Assembly: GCA_005223125.1 (NCBI GenBank)
Contig: NJBH01000003.1
Location: forward strand, 32,001-96,000
Direction of reading: 5' to 3'
DNA from: Promethearchaeota archaeon Loki_b32
GTDB lineage: Archaea > Asgardarchaeota > Lokiarchaeia > Sigyniarchaeales > SOKP01
Length of the DNA stretch: 64,000 nucleotides
Both the position numbers and the translations under genes were made by a program. Positions 1 to 10,667 of the stretch are shown here, one piece after another. Below the pieces are notes generated by a model. The model had not been told where the DNA came from, ran no database searches, and was given only the letters and a program-made list of their open reading frames with translations. Each line of letters begins with the position of its first letter. Positions within the stretch are counted from its first letter, which is position 1.

Positions 1-1187
1 TCTTTCCCTTCATAGGCATAATAATATATTTTTCTGTAATATTCGTCTGTAATTGATCTTGGAGTCATTACACTAGTAGCATCTTGAAAACAACAAGCAA
101 CTAGCATTTCTATATTATTTTCAAAATCAGTTTTTGAAACTCCTAAATCTTGTAATTTAGAAGGAAAGTCAACTTTCTTTTGAAGTTCTTTGATTTTATC
201 GACAGCTTTAAATGCTGCTTTTTTATCATCATCATCCCATTTAGCCCATCCTAGCTGTTTAGCAATCTTAGAATGTATTTCTAGAGTATCATCATCTTTA
301 TCAGGGTTATTTAGGCAAAATTGCGAGACATATGGAAGTAAAATTCCAACTGTTCTTCCATGATGGGTATGAAAAACCGCACCCCAACTATGCCCCATGC
401 CATGACCAATATGAACCTGAGAATTACTGAAAGCTAAACCAGCCATAGTCGCTGCTTGATGTAGATAATCCCTTGCTTCCATATTTTTCCCATCTTTGTA
501 AACAATTGGCAAATATTTAAAAATGAGTTCTATCGCTTTTAAACCCATTGCGTTTGAAAATTCATTCTTCCAATTTGAAACCATACCTTCGATAGCATGC
601 GATAATGCATCAAAAGCAGTATCAACCGTTAATTGTGGAGGCATTCCTTTTGGAAATATAGGATCTACAATAGCATACGTAGGAGTTATTCCCCGATGGG
701 CATAAATAAATTTTTTCCATATATCATCCTCTAACTGCGAAATAATTGTTCCGTTTGTTGCTTCTGACCCAGTTCCCGAAGTAGTTGGTATTGCAATAAA
801 TTTTGCCTTTTTCCCCGTCTCATATAAATCAGATCTAAATAGATGAATATCACCAATGTTCAATTCTGGAAATTCATATAGAACCCATGCTGTTTTAGCA
901 GTATCTATTACAGATCCTCCACCTAAAGCAATAATTATATCGGGAGAATAAACATTACACTGTTTTCTCGCCTTTAAAACACCTTCTTCTCTTGGATCTG
1001 GAACAACTTCATTAAAAACCTGAAAATCTTTGCCAAATTTTTCTAATTTTTCTGTTAATATTTTAAGATAGCCTAATTCTTCAATTAACTTATCAGTAAC
1101 TATATAACATTTATTTCCCTTAATATTTTCTATAAAACCTAAGCTATCTTCTCCATAAATTATATTTGGACTATAGAAATACCACAT
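1..1187 (-). CDS. Iron-containing alcohol dehydrogenase (3' end runs off window)
   Basis: Not in the ORF track. Manual translation from ATG 1187 gives MWYFYSPNIIYGEDSL...IIALGGGSVIDTAK...AIPTTSGTGSEAT...GFDALSHAIE...HIGHGMGH...HHG; the frame is open to the window edge. Confidence 0.9.
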   Translation of the reverse strand, partial: MWYFYSPNIIYGEDSLGFIENIKGNKCYIVTDKLIEELGYLKILTEKLEKFGKDFQVFNEVVPDPREEGVLKARKQCNVYSPDIIIALGGGSVIDTAKTAWVLYEFPELNIGDIHLFRSDLYETGKKAKFIAIPTTSGTGSEATNGTIISQLEDDIWKKFIYAHRGITPTYAIVDPIFPKGMPPQLTVDTAFDALSHAIEGMVSNWKNEFSNAMGLKAIELIFKYLPIVYKDGKNMEARDYLHQAATMAGLAFSNSQVHIGHGMGHSWGAVFHTHHGRTVGILLPYVSQFCLNNPDKDDDTLEIHSKIAKQLGWAKWDDDDKKAAFKAVDKIKELQKKVDFPSKLQDLGVSKTDFENNIEMLVACCFQDATSVMTPRSITDEYYRKIYYYAYEGK

Positions 1188-1302
1188 ATTTTTTCCCCTA
1201 TAAAATTAGTATAAATATTTTGAATATATTCCTTAAATATTAATAAAATTTAACTTTCTTTGAAAAATCCATTCTAACAAAAAAAATAAAATTAGAATTT
1301 TG

Positions 1303-1713
1303 TTATAAAAATTCAAATTCGAAGCGCCCAAGACTGTTCACAATTTCTAGTGCTGCTTTAGTATTACGCATTAACTTTGCCATATCACCTTCAAGTCTTA
1401 ATTTACCAGCCATTATAGCTCTTATTGGATCAATTTCTTTTTTCGTAACTGCTACAAAATTATCATAAGGTCCAGCCATGGTGGATTCTGTTTCTATTTC
1501 TTCACCTTCTGGTACCAATCTAGTTCCTGTACATTCTCCATGATGTAATCCTATAAATACTCTAACTTCATGATCTAACTTACCACTAGGTTCGATAACA
1601 AGAAGCATATCCCCTTCCCAAGTAAGTGCTGATGGTTTATAATCTGGATTTTCATTTATAGCTTTGCCAAAAGCTTCAACCCATTCTTCTGATAAAATTT
1701 TCATTCTTATCAC
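1303..1713 (-). CDS. SCP2 sterol/lipid-binding domain protein
   Basis: C-terminal 'IDPIRAIMAGKLRLEGDMAKLM' is the SCP2 signature. Confidence 0.85.
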   Translation of the reverse strand: MIRMKILSEEWVEAFGKAINENPDYKPSALTWEGDMLLVIEPSGKLDHEVRVFIGLHHGECTGTRLVPEGEEIETESTMAGPYDNFVAVTKKEIDPIRAIMAGKLRLEGDMAKLMRNTKAALEIVNSLGRFEFEFL

Positions 1714-1802
1714 TTCAGTTTTTTCAATTTAAATTTATTTTCTTCATAATTTGTTAGTATATTAATTGTTAAAATTGAATTTAAGATTTCAATTTTTTTA
1801 AT

Positions 1803-3002
1803 TTAGATTAAAGTTAAATCAATATGAATATCAGTTATGGGGTAAGACACACAGGGGTGAATATAACCATAATCTTGATCAATTTCTCTCATTGTCACTT
1901 CTGGGGGCATGAATATTTTGCCACTCACAAGTTTAGTTCTACACAAAGCACATGCTCCTGAGCGGCACCCATTATTAATAATTATGCCTAAATCTTTTTC
2001 TCTTTCAAGACTATTTAATATTGGTTCAACACATGATGCTTCAAATGTCTCTTTAACTTTTCTTCCCTGATTTAAAAACTCTATAGTAATATTCACAGTG
2101 TTTGAAGTATTAATATCTTTTGGCCAACCTATTACTTCTGTAACATCATCAGGGACCCCATAAGATTCGTAAATCATGTGATGTCTAGGGACACCCAACT
2201 CTTTCATTTGTCCTTCTATAAATGAATACATTGCACGATTTCCAACTATATAAAAGAATTTATTTTCAATTGATTTTATCTCATCTAAAATCTTATCTTT
2301 TGTAATAAAGCCGGAAGCACCATCCCAACTTGGTCCTGGTTCTGAAAGAATGTATTTAACTCTAACATTAGAACGTCTTGTTTGTATATCCTCAAGTTCG
2401 TCTTTAAATAACATATTATCTTCAGATAAACATCCAAATATTAACCAGACATTCAATTTTAAGTTCTGTTCAGAAATATCTCTCAACATTGAAATGAAAG
2501 GTGTTATACCAGAACCACCAGCAATAAAAACTAAATCGGTCCCATGAAAAACACGATTATAATACAATTCTCCTAATGGTTCTGTTGCTTCTAATATATC
2601 ACCAACTTTTATTGCATCAAGTAAATAAATGCTAACAAATCCTCCCTCTTTTCTTTTTACTCCTAATTCATAATAAGCAAGCTGATTTGGAGATGAAACA
2701 AGTGAAAAAGGTCGAGATGTTCTAACACCACTAATTTCTACAGTAAGACCAATATACTGGCCGGCTCTGAATGGAGCAAGAGGCTTATTAGGTCTTGCTG
2801 AGACGAACCGATACAGTTTAGTATCCTTAGAGAGTTCTTGTATATCTGTGACTTGCAATAATTGTTTTTCGGGATGAATACGATCACAGAGATTTTCCAA
2901 TCCATCATAATACCAAGGAATTGGCTCAACTTCATCTCGCCATTTTTTTAATTTCTCAAGTTTTTGATACTTCTTAACATCATTCATTATCTCTTTTTCC
3001 AC
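1803..3002 (-). CDS. FAD/NAD(P)H-dependent reductase with C-terminal 2Fe-2S ferredoxin (PaaE/KshB-like architecture)
   Basis: RPFSLVS FAD motif, FIAGGSGITPF NAD motif, CRSGACALC...C 2Fe-2S motif. Confidence 0.88.
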   Translation of the reverse strand: MEKEIMNDVKKYQKLEKLKKWRDEVEPIPWYYDGLENLCDRIHPEKQLLQVTDIQELSKDTKLYRFVSARPNKPLAPFRAGQYIGLTVEISGVRTSRPFSLVSSPNQLAYYELGVKRKEGGFVSIYLLDAIKVGDILEATEPLGELYYNRVFHGTDLVFIAGGSGITPFISMLRDISEQNLKLNVWLIFGCLSEDNMLFKDELEDIQTRRSNVRVKYILSEPGPSWDGASGFITKDKILDEIKSIENKFFYIVGNRAMYSFIEGQMKELGVPRHHMIYESYGVPDDVTEVIGWPKDINTSNTVNITIEFLNQGRKVKETFEASCVEPILNSLEREKDLGIIINNGCRSGACALCRTKLVSGKIFMPPEVTMREIDQDYGYIHPCVSYPITDIHIDLTLI

Positions 3003-3005
3003 TAC

Positions 3006-4559
3006 TTACCACCTCCCTTCTTTGTTATCTCTTATATACATACCAGCAGCAATCCTTCCACTCAAAATACTTGATGAGAATCCACCACCAATATTTGTCC
3101 AAGCACCGCACTGATATAACCCAGGAATTGAACCACGGCTTTTTAACCTAAGTGTTGGACCATTCATAAGATCCTGAGTATATCCATAGATAGCTCCTTC
3201 TAAATTCTTTGAATATCGATAATATGTAAGAGGAGTTGCGGCTTCAACTACTTCTATATAATCACGAATCTCTGGACAAATTGTTTTTTCTACTAATTCA
3301 ACCATTTTATCGGTAATATAATCCTTGACTTTAAAATACTGGTCAGGGGATATTGATTGCCATAATTTGCCCATTTGTAATGTAGTAAGAACAAGTTGGG
3401 ATGTTCCTGGAGGAGTAATATCATCATAAATATGATTATAACAAGCTGCTACCATATATTTAGGTGGTTCTAATTTAGTAAATGTTTCATAGGCTTTATT
3501 TAAATCATCTGTCTCATTTATAAACATTTCATGAACATTCAATCCTAATTCTTTGTATGAAGCATTCAGACCTATATAAACTGAAAATGCAGATGGACCT
3601 ATTTCTGGAGCATAAATTTGCTTTTTATAACTATCTGGGACTACATCATTGGGAAGCATCTTCATTGTTGTACAAATCGGATTGACATTTGAAATTACTG
3701 TTTTACATTCATATATATCACCATTAAGAAGTTCAACACCACAAACTCTTCCATTTTGAACTAGTATTCGGTTAACTAAAGCATTAAACCTAATTTTACC
3801 ACCTAATTCTTCAAAAGCCTTCACAATAGCAGTTGTAAAAGCATGTGATCTTCCAATTGGAAAGGCAGCACCCCATTTTAAATACGTAATTAACATAGCA
3901 ACAAATGCATATGCATTTAATCGAGATGGAGGCAGACCCAAGTATCCCCATAATTGTGCGATAATTGCCATCAAACGTTTATCAGTAAAGAATTTATCAA
4001 ATACTTCTTGTAATGTAAGACCAGAAACCCGTACAAGCCATGGATGTTCTTTAAGTACTTCTGCGGGCGAATACTGACCTCTTCTTCTTACCATAAATTC
4101 AATACCCTCCAACACTTTTTGACACATATCTAAAAATTCTTCGATTCCCTTTTTCTCAGAAGGAAATAATTCAATGAGCTTCTCAATGTATTCTTCTAAA
4201 CCGATAGGTAGAGTAACATCATATCCATCTAAAAATACACTTCTATAAAACTCTGGAATTTGTTTGAATTGGATTTTGTCAGGAATTACTCCTATTCTCT
4301 CCAAAAATCGGTATAAGCCACCTTTATTGGCTTCTGTACCAATATCACTTAGTTCATGTAAGGCGCCCTCAAATTCAAACCTACCTCTTACAAAAGAAGT
4401 TGCAAAACCACCCGGGACATTATGTTTTTCCAGTAATAATACTTTCTTCCCTACAAGGGCAAGTTGACATGCAGCACCGAGTCCTCCGAGACCAGCTCCA
4501 ATAATAATAACGGGATAACTGTCTACTACTCTAGTTTTATCATAAATACTATCATTCAT
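3006..4559 (-). CDS. Phytoene desaturase/retinol saturase-family FAD oxidoreductase
   Basis: IIGAGLGGL Rossmann motif, LEKHNVPGG, FEGALHE, ATPLTYYRY...GAIYG, GLYQCGAWT. Confidence 0.85.
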   Translation of the reverse strand: MNDSIYDKTRVVDSYPVIIIGAGLGGLGAACQLALVGKKVLLLEKHNVPGGFATSFVRGRFEFEGALHELSDIGTEANKGGLYRFLERIGVIPDKIQFKQIPEFYRSVFLDGYDVTLPIGLEEYIEKLIELFPSEKKGIEEFLDMCQKVLEGIEFMVRRRGQYSPAEVLKEHPWLVRVSGLTLQEVFDKFFTDKRLMAIIAQLWGYLGLPPSRLNAYAFVAMLITYLKWGAAFPIGRSHAFTTAIVKAFEELGGKIRFNALVNRILVQNGRVCGVELLNGDIYECKTVISNVNPICTTMKMLPNDVVPDSYKKQIYAPEIGPSAFSVYIGLNASYKELGLNVHEMFINETDDLNKAYETFTKLEPPKYMVAACYNHIYDDITPPGTSQLVLTTLQMGKLWQSISPDQYFKVKDYITDKMVELVEKTICPEIRDYIEVVEAATPLTYYRYSKNLEGAIYGYTQDLMNGPTLRLKSRGSIPGLYQCGAWTNIGGGFSSSILSGRIAAGMYIRDNKEGRW

Positions 4560-4704
4560 AAAAAATAATTCTATCAGATAACATTTAAAATTATAGATTT
4601 TAATCTAAATAATTTAATTTTTAATAGATAAGAAAATAGAAGAGGAACATTTGTATATTAATGAAAAATAGATATTCAATATAGATTTTGTTAGTAGGGT
4701 TTAA

Positions 4705-5520
4705 TCAACGACCAACAAAGACTGGATCTCGTTTTTCTTTGAGAGCTTTCATAGATTCATTAAAATCTTTTGAGGTAAAGGCTTTTCTTAATGCTCTATT
4801 TTCTAAATCTAAAGTTCTATCTAAGATCTCCCGAAAATAAGCATGCATAGTTTTTTTCATCAGCTTCAAAGATAGGCTTGGACCTTTTGGTGGGATTAAT
4901 TTTAAAGCTTGTTCTCTAGAATAAGGGATTAATTCATCTGGTGGCAAAACTTTATTTACAAGTCCAAGTTCATAAGCTTTTTGAGCAGTTATTTTATCAC
5001 CAAAATAACAAATTTCCTTTGCTTTTTGAAAACCGACTAGTAATGGTAAAAGAAATGTGCAAGAAAATTCTGGAATTATGGCTCTTTTTGAGAAGAAAAA
5101 TCCTAACCAAGCATTTTTTGACATATATATTAAATCGGCACCAGCCAAGGGCATTGTAATACCACCTCCAATGGCCATTCCATTAATAGCGGCTATGACT
5201 GGTTTATTAAAATCCCAAAATTTCATACACACTTTTTTTTGTGCGATATCCATAAGATCAATTTCTGGATATTTTCTCATTTCTTCCATCATTTCTGGTT
5301 TAAAATAACCACCAGATGTAAAAGCGTTTCCCTTGGGATCTCCAGTTATTATTAGTACTTTAGCATTTCTATCGTTTTCCATATCTTCTAAAACAGTATA
5401 GATTTCTAAGAAAGTAATATAAGTCACAGCATTCCTTCCTTCAGGTCTAGAAATTGTGGCAGTACATATCCCATTATCTTCCTTCTCATAAATAATATCT
5501 TCAAAATCTTCTATTATCAT
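4705..5520 (-). CDS. Enoyl-CoA hydratase/isomerase (crotonase)
   Basis: KPVIAAINGMAIGGG, IIPE, AYELGLVNKV. Confidence 0.88.
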   Translation of the reverse strand: MIIEDFEDIIYEKEDNGICTATISRPEGRNAVTYITFLEIYTVLEDMENDRNAKVLIITGDPKGNAFTSGGYFKPEMMEEMRKYPEIDLMDIAQKKVCMKFWDFNKPVIAAINGMAIGGGITMPLAGADLIYMSKNAWLGFFFSKRAIIPEFSCTFLLPLLVGFQKAKEICYFGDKITAQKAYELGLVNKVLPPDELIPYSREQALKLIPPKGPSLSLKLMKKTMHAYFREILDRTLDLENRALRKAFTSKDFNESMKALKEKRDPVFVGR

Positions 5521-5638
5521 AATTAGATTTAAATTAAATTTTTAATATTGAATACTTTTCAAATTTATGATTATTTATACTTAAGTTTATAGCAAATTTA
5601 AAGAAAATATGTAAAAAAAAGTTTAATTATTTAGTTCT

Positions 5639-7348
5639 TTATTTTTTTTCTTCTTCGCGAAGTGCTTTTTTCAATACTTTACCAACCATAGTTAATGGTA
5701 GTTCTTCTCGGAAGTCCCAGATCTTGGGAACTTCATATTTTGAGAGATTTTCTTCAGCATATTTTTTAATACTATCTTTAACTTCACCAGCTGCTTCAAC
5801 TCCTTCTTTGAGTTGAATAACTGCTTTAACTATTTCAGCTCCAGGTCTATCAGGATTAGGAACCCCTATTATTGCAAGTATTTGAATATCAGGATGCTTT
5901 GTCATTACTTCTTCAACATGAACACTATATACCTTAAAGCCGCTAACTATCAGCATATCTTTGGTACGATCTACAATCTTTAAATAGCCATCTTCATCGA
6001 AAACACCAACATCGCCCGTATGAACATAACCATCTTTATCAAATGTGGCTGCTGTAGCTTCAGGTTTATTATGATATTGCTTAACAACTGAGGGACCTTT
6101 TATCAAGATTTCACCGGGTTGTCCAATCTCTTTTATATCTGCTCCAGATTCTGTATCTATTAGTTTAATATCTGTATCTGGCCATGGCAATCCAACAGTT
6201 CCAATTTTTTTCTCTCCATACATTGGATTAGCGCATATTACAACAGCAGTTTCAGTCATTCCATAAACCTCGACAAATTTATTCTCTGTATGAAATTGTT
6301 TTTCAAATTCTCTTATTGCTTCTGGAGGAAAGGGTGCAGCACCACTTACATATAATGAAATATTATCTAATACTTCTGGTGGGATTTTTTTTGACATTGG
6401 ATTATTCTGAACCATTAAAAACAGAGTTGGTACATTTCCAAAACTTGAAGGTTTCTTATCAATGATCTCCTTTATTATATGGTCAGTATCTCTTGGATTT
6501 GCTATTAATATTTGTGCTCCTCCTAAATAATTCAAAAAAAGTCCTATAAGGAATCCCGCAACGTGAAAGAAAGGAAATGCTGAAAGAAGTATTTCTTTAC
6601 CTTTCTCTCTATTGACCCAGACATCAAATTGATGAATATTTGCCATCAAATTGGAATGAACGATGTCTACTCCTTTAGGAAGTCCTGTAGTTCCTCCTGT
6701 ATATTGTATCAAGGCCAAATCTTTTTTCGGATCAATATCAACCTTTTTCAAATCAATTTCCGTTTCTAATGCCACTAGAAATGGGACTACAGTTTTTCCA
6801 GGCCAAGGTATAATTTTACCCTTTGGAATCTTTTTTATTAATTTTCCCATAAATACTTTAAATCCCCCGAAACCCATAAATTCTGAAATATTTGTTGGGA
6901 CTATAACTTTCAAATCATTTAAGCGATCATAAATCTTTGAAATGACTTTTTCATGAAGTATATCCATAGTAATTAAAAATTTTGCACCTGAATCCTTCAT
7001 TTGATAAGCCATTTCTTCGGGGCTTAACAGTGGTGAACATCCTGTAACAGTACCGCCAGCTATATATGTTCCATAAACAGCAAAGAGGTATTGAGGAGAA
7101 TTCGCAAGACAAATTGCAACTACATCACCCTTATTTAGACCATTTTTCTGTAAGAATGTAGCAAATTTCTGAGAATATTTTAATATCTCTTTGAAAAGAA
7201 ATGTGCGGTCCATGAAATAAAAACCTACATTATCTGCATATTTGGTCATGTTTTGGGTTAAAATCGTTCCAAGATCTTCTGTTGGATATGTTAAAGTTGC
7301 TGGAACATGTTTATCATATGATTTAAGCCATATTTTTTCATTACTCAT
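5639..7348 (-). CDS. Long-chain fatty acid--CoA ligase
   Basis: YTGGTTGLPKG, YGMTE, HTGD, DRTKDM, GKVLK adenylation motifs. Confidence 0.9.
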   Translation of the reverse strand: MSNEKIWLKSYDKHVPATLTYPTEDLGTILTQNMTKYADNVGFYFMDRTFLFKEILKYSQKFATFLQKNGLNKGDVVAICLANSPQYLFAVYGTYIAGGTVTGCSPLLSPEEMAYQMKDSGAKFLITMDILHEKVISKIYDRLNDLKVIVPTNISEFMGFGGFKVFMGKLIKKIPKGKIIPWPGKTVVPFLVALETEIDLKKVDIDPKKDLALIQYTGGTTGLPKGVDIVHSNLMANIHQFDVWVNREKGKEILLSAFPFFHVAGFLIGLFLNYLGGAQILIANPRDTDHIIKEIIDKKPSSFGNVPTLFLMVQNNPMSKKIPPEVLDNISLYVSGAAPFPPEAIREFEKQFHTENKFVEVYGMTETAVVICANPMYGEKKIGTVGLPWPDTDIKLIDTESGADIKEIGQPGEILIKGPSVVKQYHNKPEATAATFDKDGYVHTGDVGVFDEDGYLKIVDRTKDMLIVSGFKVYSVHVEEVMTKHPDIQILAIIGVPNPDRPGAEIVKAVIQLKEGVEAAGEVKDSIKKYAEENLSKYEVPKIWDFREELPLTMVGKVLKKALREEEKK

Positions 7349-7584
7349 TTGTTAACTCCTCTATATTAACACTTTTTTGAAATTTTATTATTATATTATT
7401 ATAATTAATTATTTACTATCTTTGTAAAAGCTTATAAAAATTGACATTTTTTTTCTGAAGATTAATGGTTTATATCTCCATTAAAATACAACAATGGACA
7501 GTGTATATTATTGTTGAACTTGCATTGTTATTTACGAAAATTTGGTTAAATTTATAAAAAAGATAAGAAAAAAAAAAAGAAATG

Positions 7585-8865
7585 TTAGAGCAATTTAAAT
7601 AATTGTCTTAGTGTTAGACTCATGATATATTGCTGAATTTGTCTTGTACCTCCGCCAATTTCCTGAATTCTGGTTATGCCTAGTAAATCTTGCATTAATG
7701 TATTATCACACACACCAGCACCTCCCATAAGATTAGCACACTCATAAGCTGTTCTTTGAGCCAACTTAGCACTTATTGATTTCAGTTGGGCTGCTGTGGC
7801 CATTAAAGTTAAACTAAATTGTTTAGGGAGGGATCCAAATTGTTCCACTTTTTTATCTACCATTTGACATACGTTTAAAGTAGATAAAGTAAGATTCATA
7901 GTTTCTGCCCATAAATCTGCTAAAGGAAATCCAACCCCTTGAAATTTTAAAATCTCTTGATCAAATTGCTTTCTCATGTTAGCATAAATAACAGCATGAG
8001 TTATAGCATTCCAAGCTTCTGCCGCGTTTAGTATCACAATCCCTAATCGTTCCAAATTCAATCCTTCAAAAAGATATTCCCTTCCTTGACCTGGTTTACC
8101 TAAAACATACTCTGGAGGTACTTTTAAATTTGTGAAAGTTTCTTTACCAAGATGAATTCTTGGAGTCCATGGAATATTGATTCTTTCTGCTTTCCATCCA
8201 TCCCAAGATGTATCAACTAAAAATTGTCCCATAGTATTGCCACTATTCTTTTCAGTAACGGCATAAATTATTGCCCAATCTGCTTTAGGTCCATTTGTTT
8301 GGTAAATTTTTTCTCCGTTAAGAATATAACTTCCATCTTCTTGTTGATCACAAGTTGTTAACATATGAACTGCATCAGAACCTCTTTCAGGTTCGGTGAT
8401 ACAAATACATCCATTTTTCTGCCCTGTTACTAATTCTTTTAGCGCTTTTAAGCGAATATCAACATCTTCATGATGCACCAATAGAGGATTTATTGCTAAA
8501 ACATTAGCACCCATTCCCATTGTAAGTTGAGGGTCAAAAAAATCAGTAGCTAATGTTCTCATAAATTCAGCTGTTAATCCATACGGCTCAAAATTCATAT
8601 CAAGAACATCAAAATTATTTATTCGTGTAACTAAACCTTCTTTACCAATTTCAGGAATCCACTCATAAAAATCTTCATTATGAGTGATATTATTCCTCTT
8701 TTCAAAACCGATATAGAACTTTTGAGCTTTCTTAAGAAAATCTAAATGCTCCTTTTCCAAAAAAGACATCAAATTGTAATTCAAGAATTTATAACGATTC
8801 TTTAAAGAAAGCTTCTCAAGTATTTCATCATTAATACATTGAACTTCTCCTTTTTTGATAACCAT
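7585..8865 (-). CDS. Acyl-CoA dehydrogenase
   Basis: ITEPERGSD, LNGEKIYQTNG, RKQFDQEI..FQGV, MGGAG, IGGGTRQIQ. Confidence 0.9.
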   Translation of the reverse strand: MVIKKGEVQCINDEILEKLSLKNRYKFLNYNLMSFLEKEHLDFLKKAQKFYIGFEKRNNITHNEDFYEWIPEIGKEGLVTRINNFDVLDMNFEPYGLTAEFMRTLATDFFDPQLTMGMGANVLAINPLLVHHEDVDIRLKALKELVTGQKNGCICITEPERGSDAVHMLTTCDQQEDGSYILNGEKIYQTNGPKADWAIIYAVTEKNSGNTMGQFLVDTSWDGWKAERINIPWTPRIHLGKETFTNLKVPPEYVLGKPGQGREYLFEGLNLERLGIVILNAAEAWNAITHAVIYANMRKQFDQEILKFQGVGFPLADLWAETMNLTLSTLNVCQMVDKKVEQFGSLPKQFSLTLMATAAQLKSISAKLAQRTAYECANLMGGAGVCDNTLMQDLLGITRIQEIGGGTRQIQQYIMSLTLRQLFKLL

Positions 8866-9046
8866 TTAACTCAACTCTAAAAATTTAAATTAATTTTTTT
8901 AGTAGTAATATTGCCCATATCTCTTAAAATTATTTAAAATGTCTGTAAAAATTAAAGAAAGGGAATCAGAGGTTTTTAAAATTATAAATACTACTAATCA
9001 CAATATTAATCATTATAAAAATTACAATCAAAAAAAATTTAAAATA

Positions 9047-9508
9047 ATGACTGAAAAAATAGTTGTTGCAAATAAAGGGTTAGTAAGAGCAGAATTTGCT
9101 TTTTGGGTTGGCCGATACATGGACAAGTTTTTTGATGCTTTTGAAAATAAGAAAATACTTGGAAATAAATGTCCTAAATGTGGAGATGTTTTTGTTCCAC
9201 CAAGAAAAATATGTGGAAAATGTAATATTATGATCCCTTTTGATCAAAATTGGGTAGATTTGCCAGATACTGGTACTTTAAAGAATTATACTATAACATA
9301 TTACAAAATAAATGATAGAGCCAGTCGAAAGGTTAAGAAACCTCAAATTATTGGGATGGTACAAATTGATGGGAGTAATACAGCAATAATTTACCGTCTA
9401 TTAGATATTGAACCAGAAGAAGTGAAGATAGAAATGAAAGTTAAAGTTGTATGGGAAGATAAAACTAAAGGCGACCCTTCAGATATTAAGGGTTTCGTAA
9501 AAATCTGA
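9047..9508 (+). CDS. DUF35 (Zn-ribbon + OB-fold) acyl-CoA-binding partner of thiolase-fold proteins
   Basis: CPKC..VFVPPRKICGKC followed by an OB fold; ATG 9047 preferred over 8939. Confidence 0.85.
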   Translation: MTEKIVVANKGLVRAEFAFWVGRYMDKFFDAFENKKILGNKCPKCGDVFVPPRKICGKCNIMIPFDQNWVDLPDTGTLKNYTITYYKINDRASRKVKKPQIIGMVQIDGSNTAIIYRLLDIEPEEVKIEMKVKVVWEDKTKGDPSDIKGFVKI

Positions 9509-9523
9509 GAGGTGATAAAATAG

Positions 9524-10666
9524 GTGCAAAAAGTAGGAATTGTAGGATTCTACCAAGTAAAATTACTTTCTGATGCAAATTATGGTCGTTATGAAATGAT
9601 CTTTGAAGCGGTAAGAGGAGCTCTTGATAAAGCAGGATTAAAGAAAAAGGATATAACAACGGTAATTTCATGTACAAATGATTATTATGATGGGAGAACT
9701 ATTTCTAATGCTTTTGCTGTTGAAGCAGGTGGTGCATACTTAGCAGATGAGTCAAAAGTAGAGATGGATGGTGCACACGCATTACTTTATGGGATGATGA
9801 GAATTTTATCTGGGAATCATAAATTAGCAGTGATTTGGGCAGGGAGTATGGCTTCATGTTTTCCATATCATTCAGCTAGATTATTTGAGACTGATCCAAT
9901 ATGGGAAAGACCTAGTGCTTATGTTAATGATATAACAGCAGCTGGGTTTCAGATGAGAGCTTATATGGAGAAATATGGGGTTAGTGTTGAAGAAATGGCC
10001 AAAGTAGTGGTCAAAAATAGAAGAAATGCATCCAAAAATTTATTAGCTTTAGAAGAAGCTCAAAATCCTAATTTAACAGTTAAAGATGTTTTAGACTCTG
10101 AAATTTATGCTGATCCGGTGACTGAACTTATGGTGGCTCAACCTTGTGATGGTATTGCAGCAATACTTTTAGCTCCAGAGAAACAAGCTTTAAAAATTAC
10201 TGATAAACCAGTATGGATTACTGGAGTAGGATATAATCAAGATGCTTATTATCTTGGCGATAAAGATTTATCAGAATCTAAATCAATGAGACTAGCAGCT
10301 AAAATGGCATACGAAGCTGCTGGAATTACAGATCCAATAAAAGAAATTAATGTTGCTGAAATATTTGAAGCATATGCTCATGAAGAATTAATCTTAAAGG
10401 AAGCTCTAGGATTTGCTGAAAAAGGAAAAGGAGCATTTTTGAATTCTGAAATTGATGGAGAGCTTCCAATTAATCCTTCTGGGGGTGCACTCGGAGGTAA
10501 TCCACCTTGTGGAACAGGATTAATTAGAATTATTGAAGCTACGAAACAAATTACAGGTGAAGCAAATGGATATCAAGTAGAAGGTGTTAAAAAAGCTCTA
10601 GCAACAGGGCAGATTGGTATGTGTGCCCAAAATAATATAGTATATATATTGGAGGGGGGGAATTAA
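9524..10666 (+). CDS. Thiolase-fold Ltp4-like protein (no catalytic Cys)
   Basis: DYYDGRTIS...ESKVEMDGAHAL resembles mycobacterial Ltp4 as I recall it; INPSGG present. Confidence 0.75.
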   Translation: MQKVGIVGFYQVKLLSDANYGRYEMIFEAVRGALDKAGLKKKDITTVISCTNDYYDGRTISNAFAVEAGGAYLADESKVEMDGAHALLYGMMRILSGNHKLAVIWAGSMASCFPYHSARLFETDPIWERPSAYVNDITAAGFQMRAYMEKYGVSVEEMAKVVVKNRRNASKNLLALEEAQNPNLTVKDVLDSEIYADPVTELMVAQPCDGIAAILLAPEKQALKITDKPVWITGVGYNQDAYYLGDKDLSESKSMRLAAKMAYEAAGITDPIKEINVAEIFEAYAHEELILKEALGFAEKGKGAFLNSEIDGELPINPSGGALGGNPPCGTGLIRIIEATKQITGEANGYQVEGVKKALATGQIGMCAQNNIVYILEGGN

Positions 10667-10667
10667 A

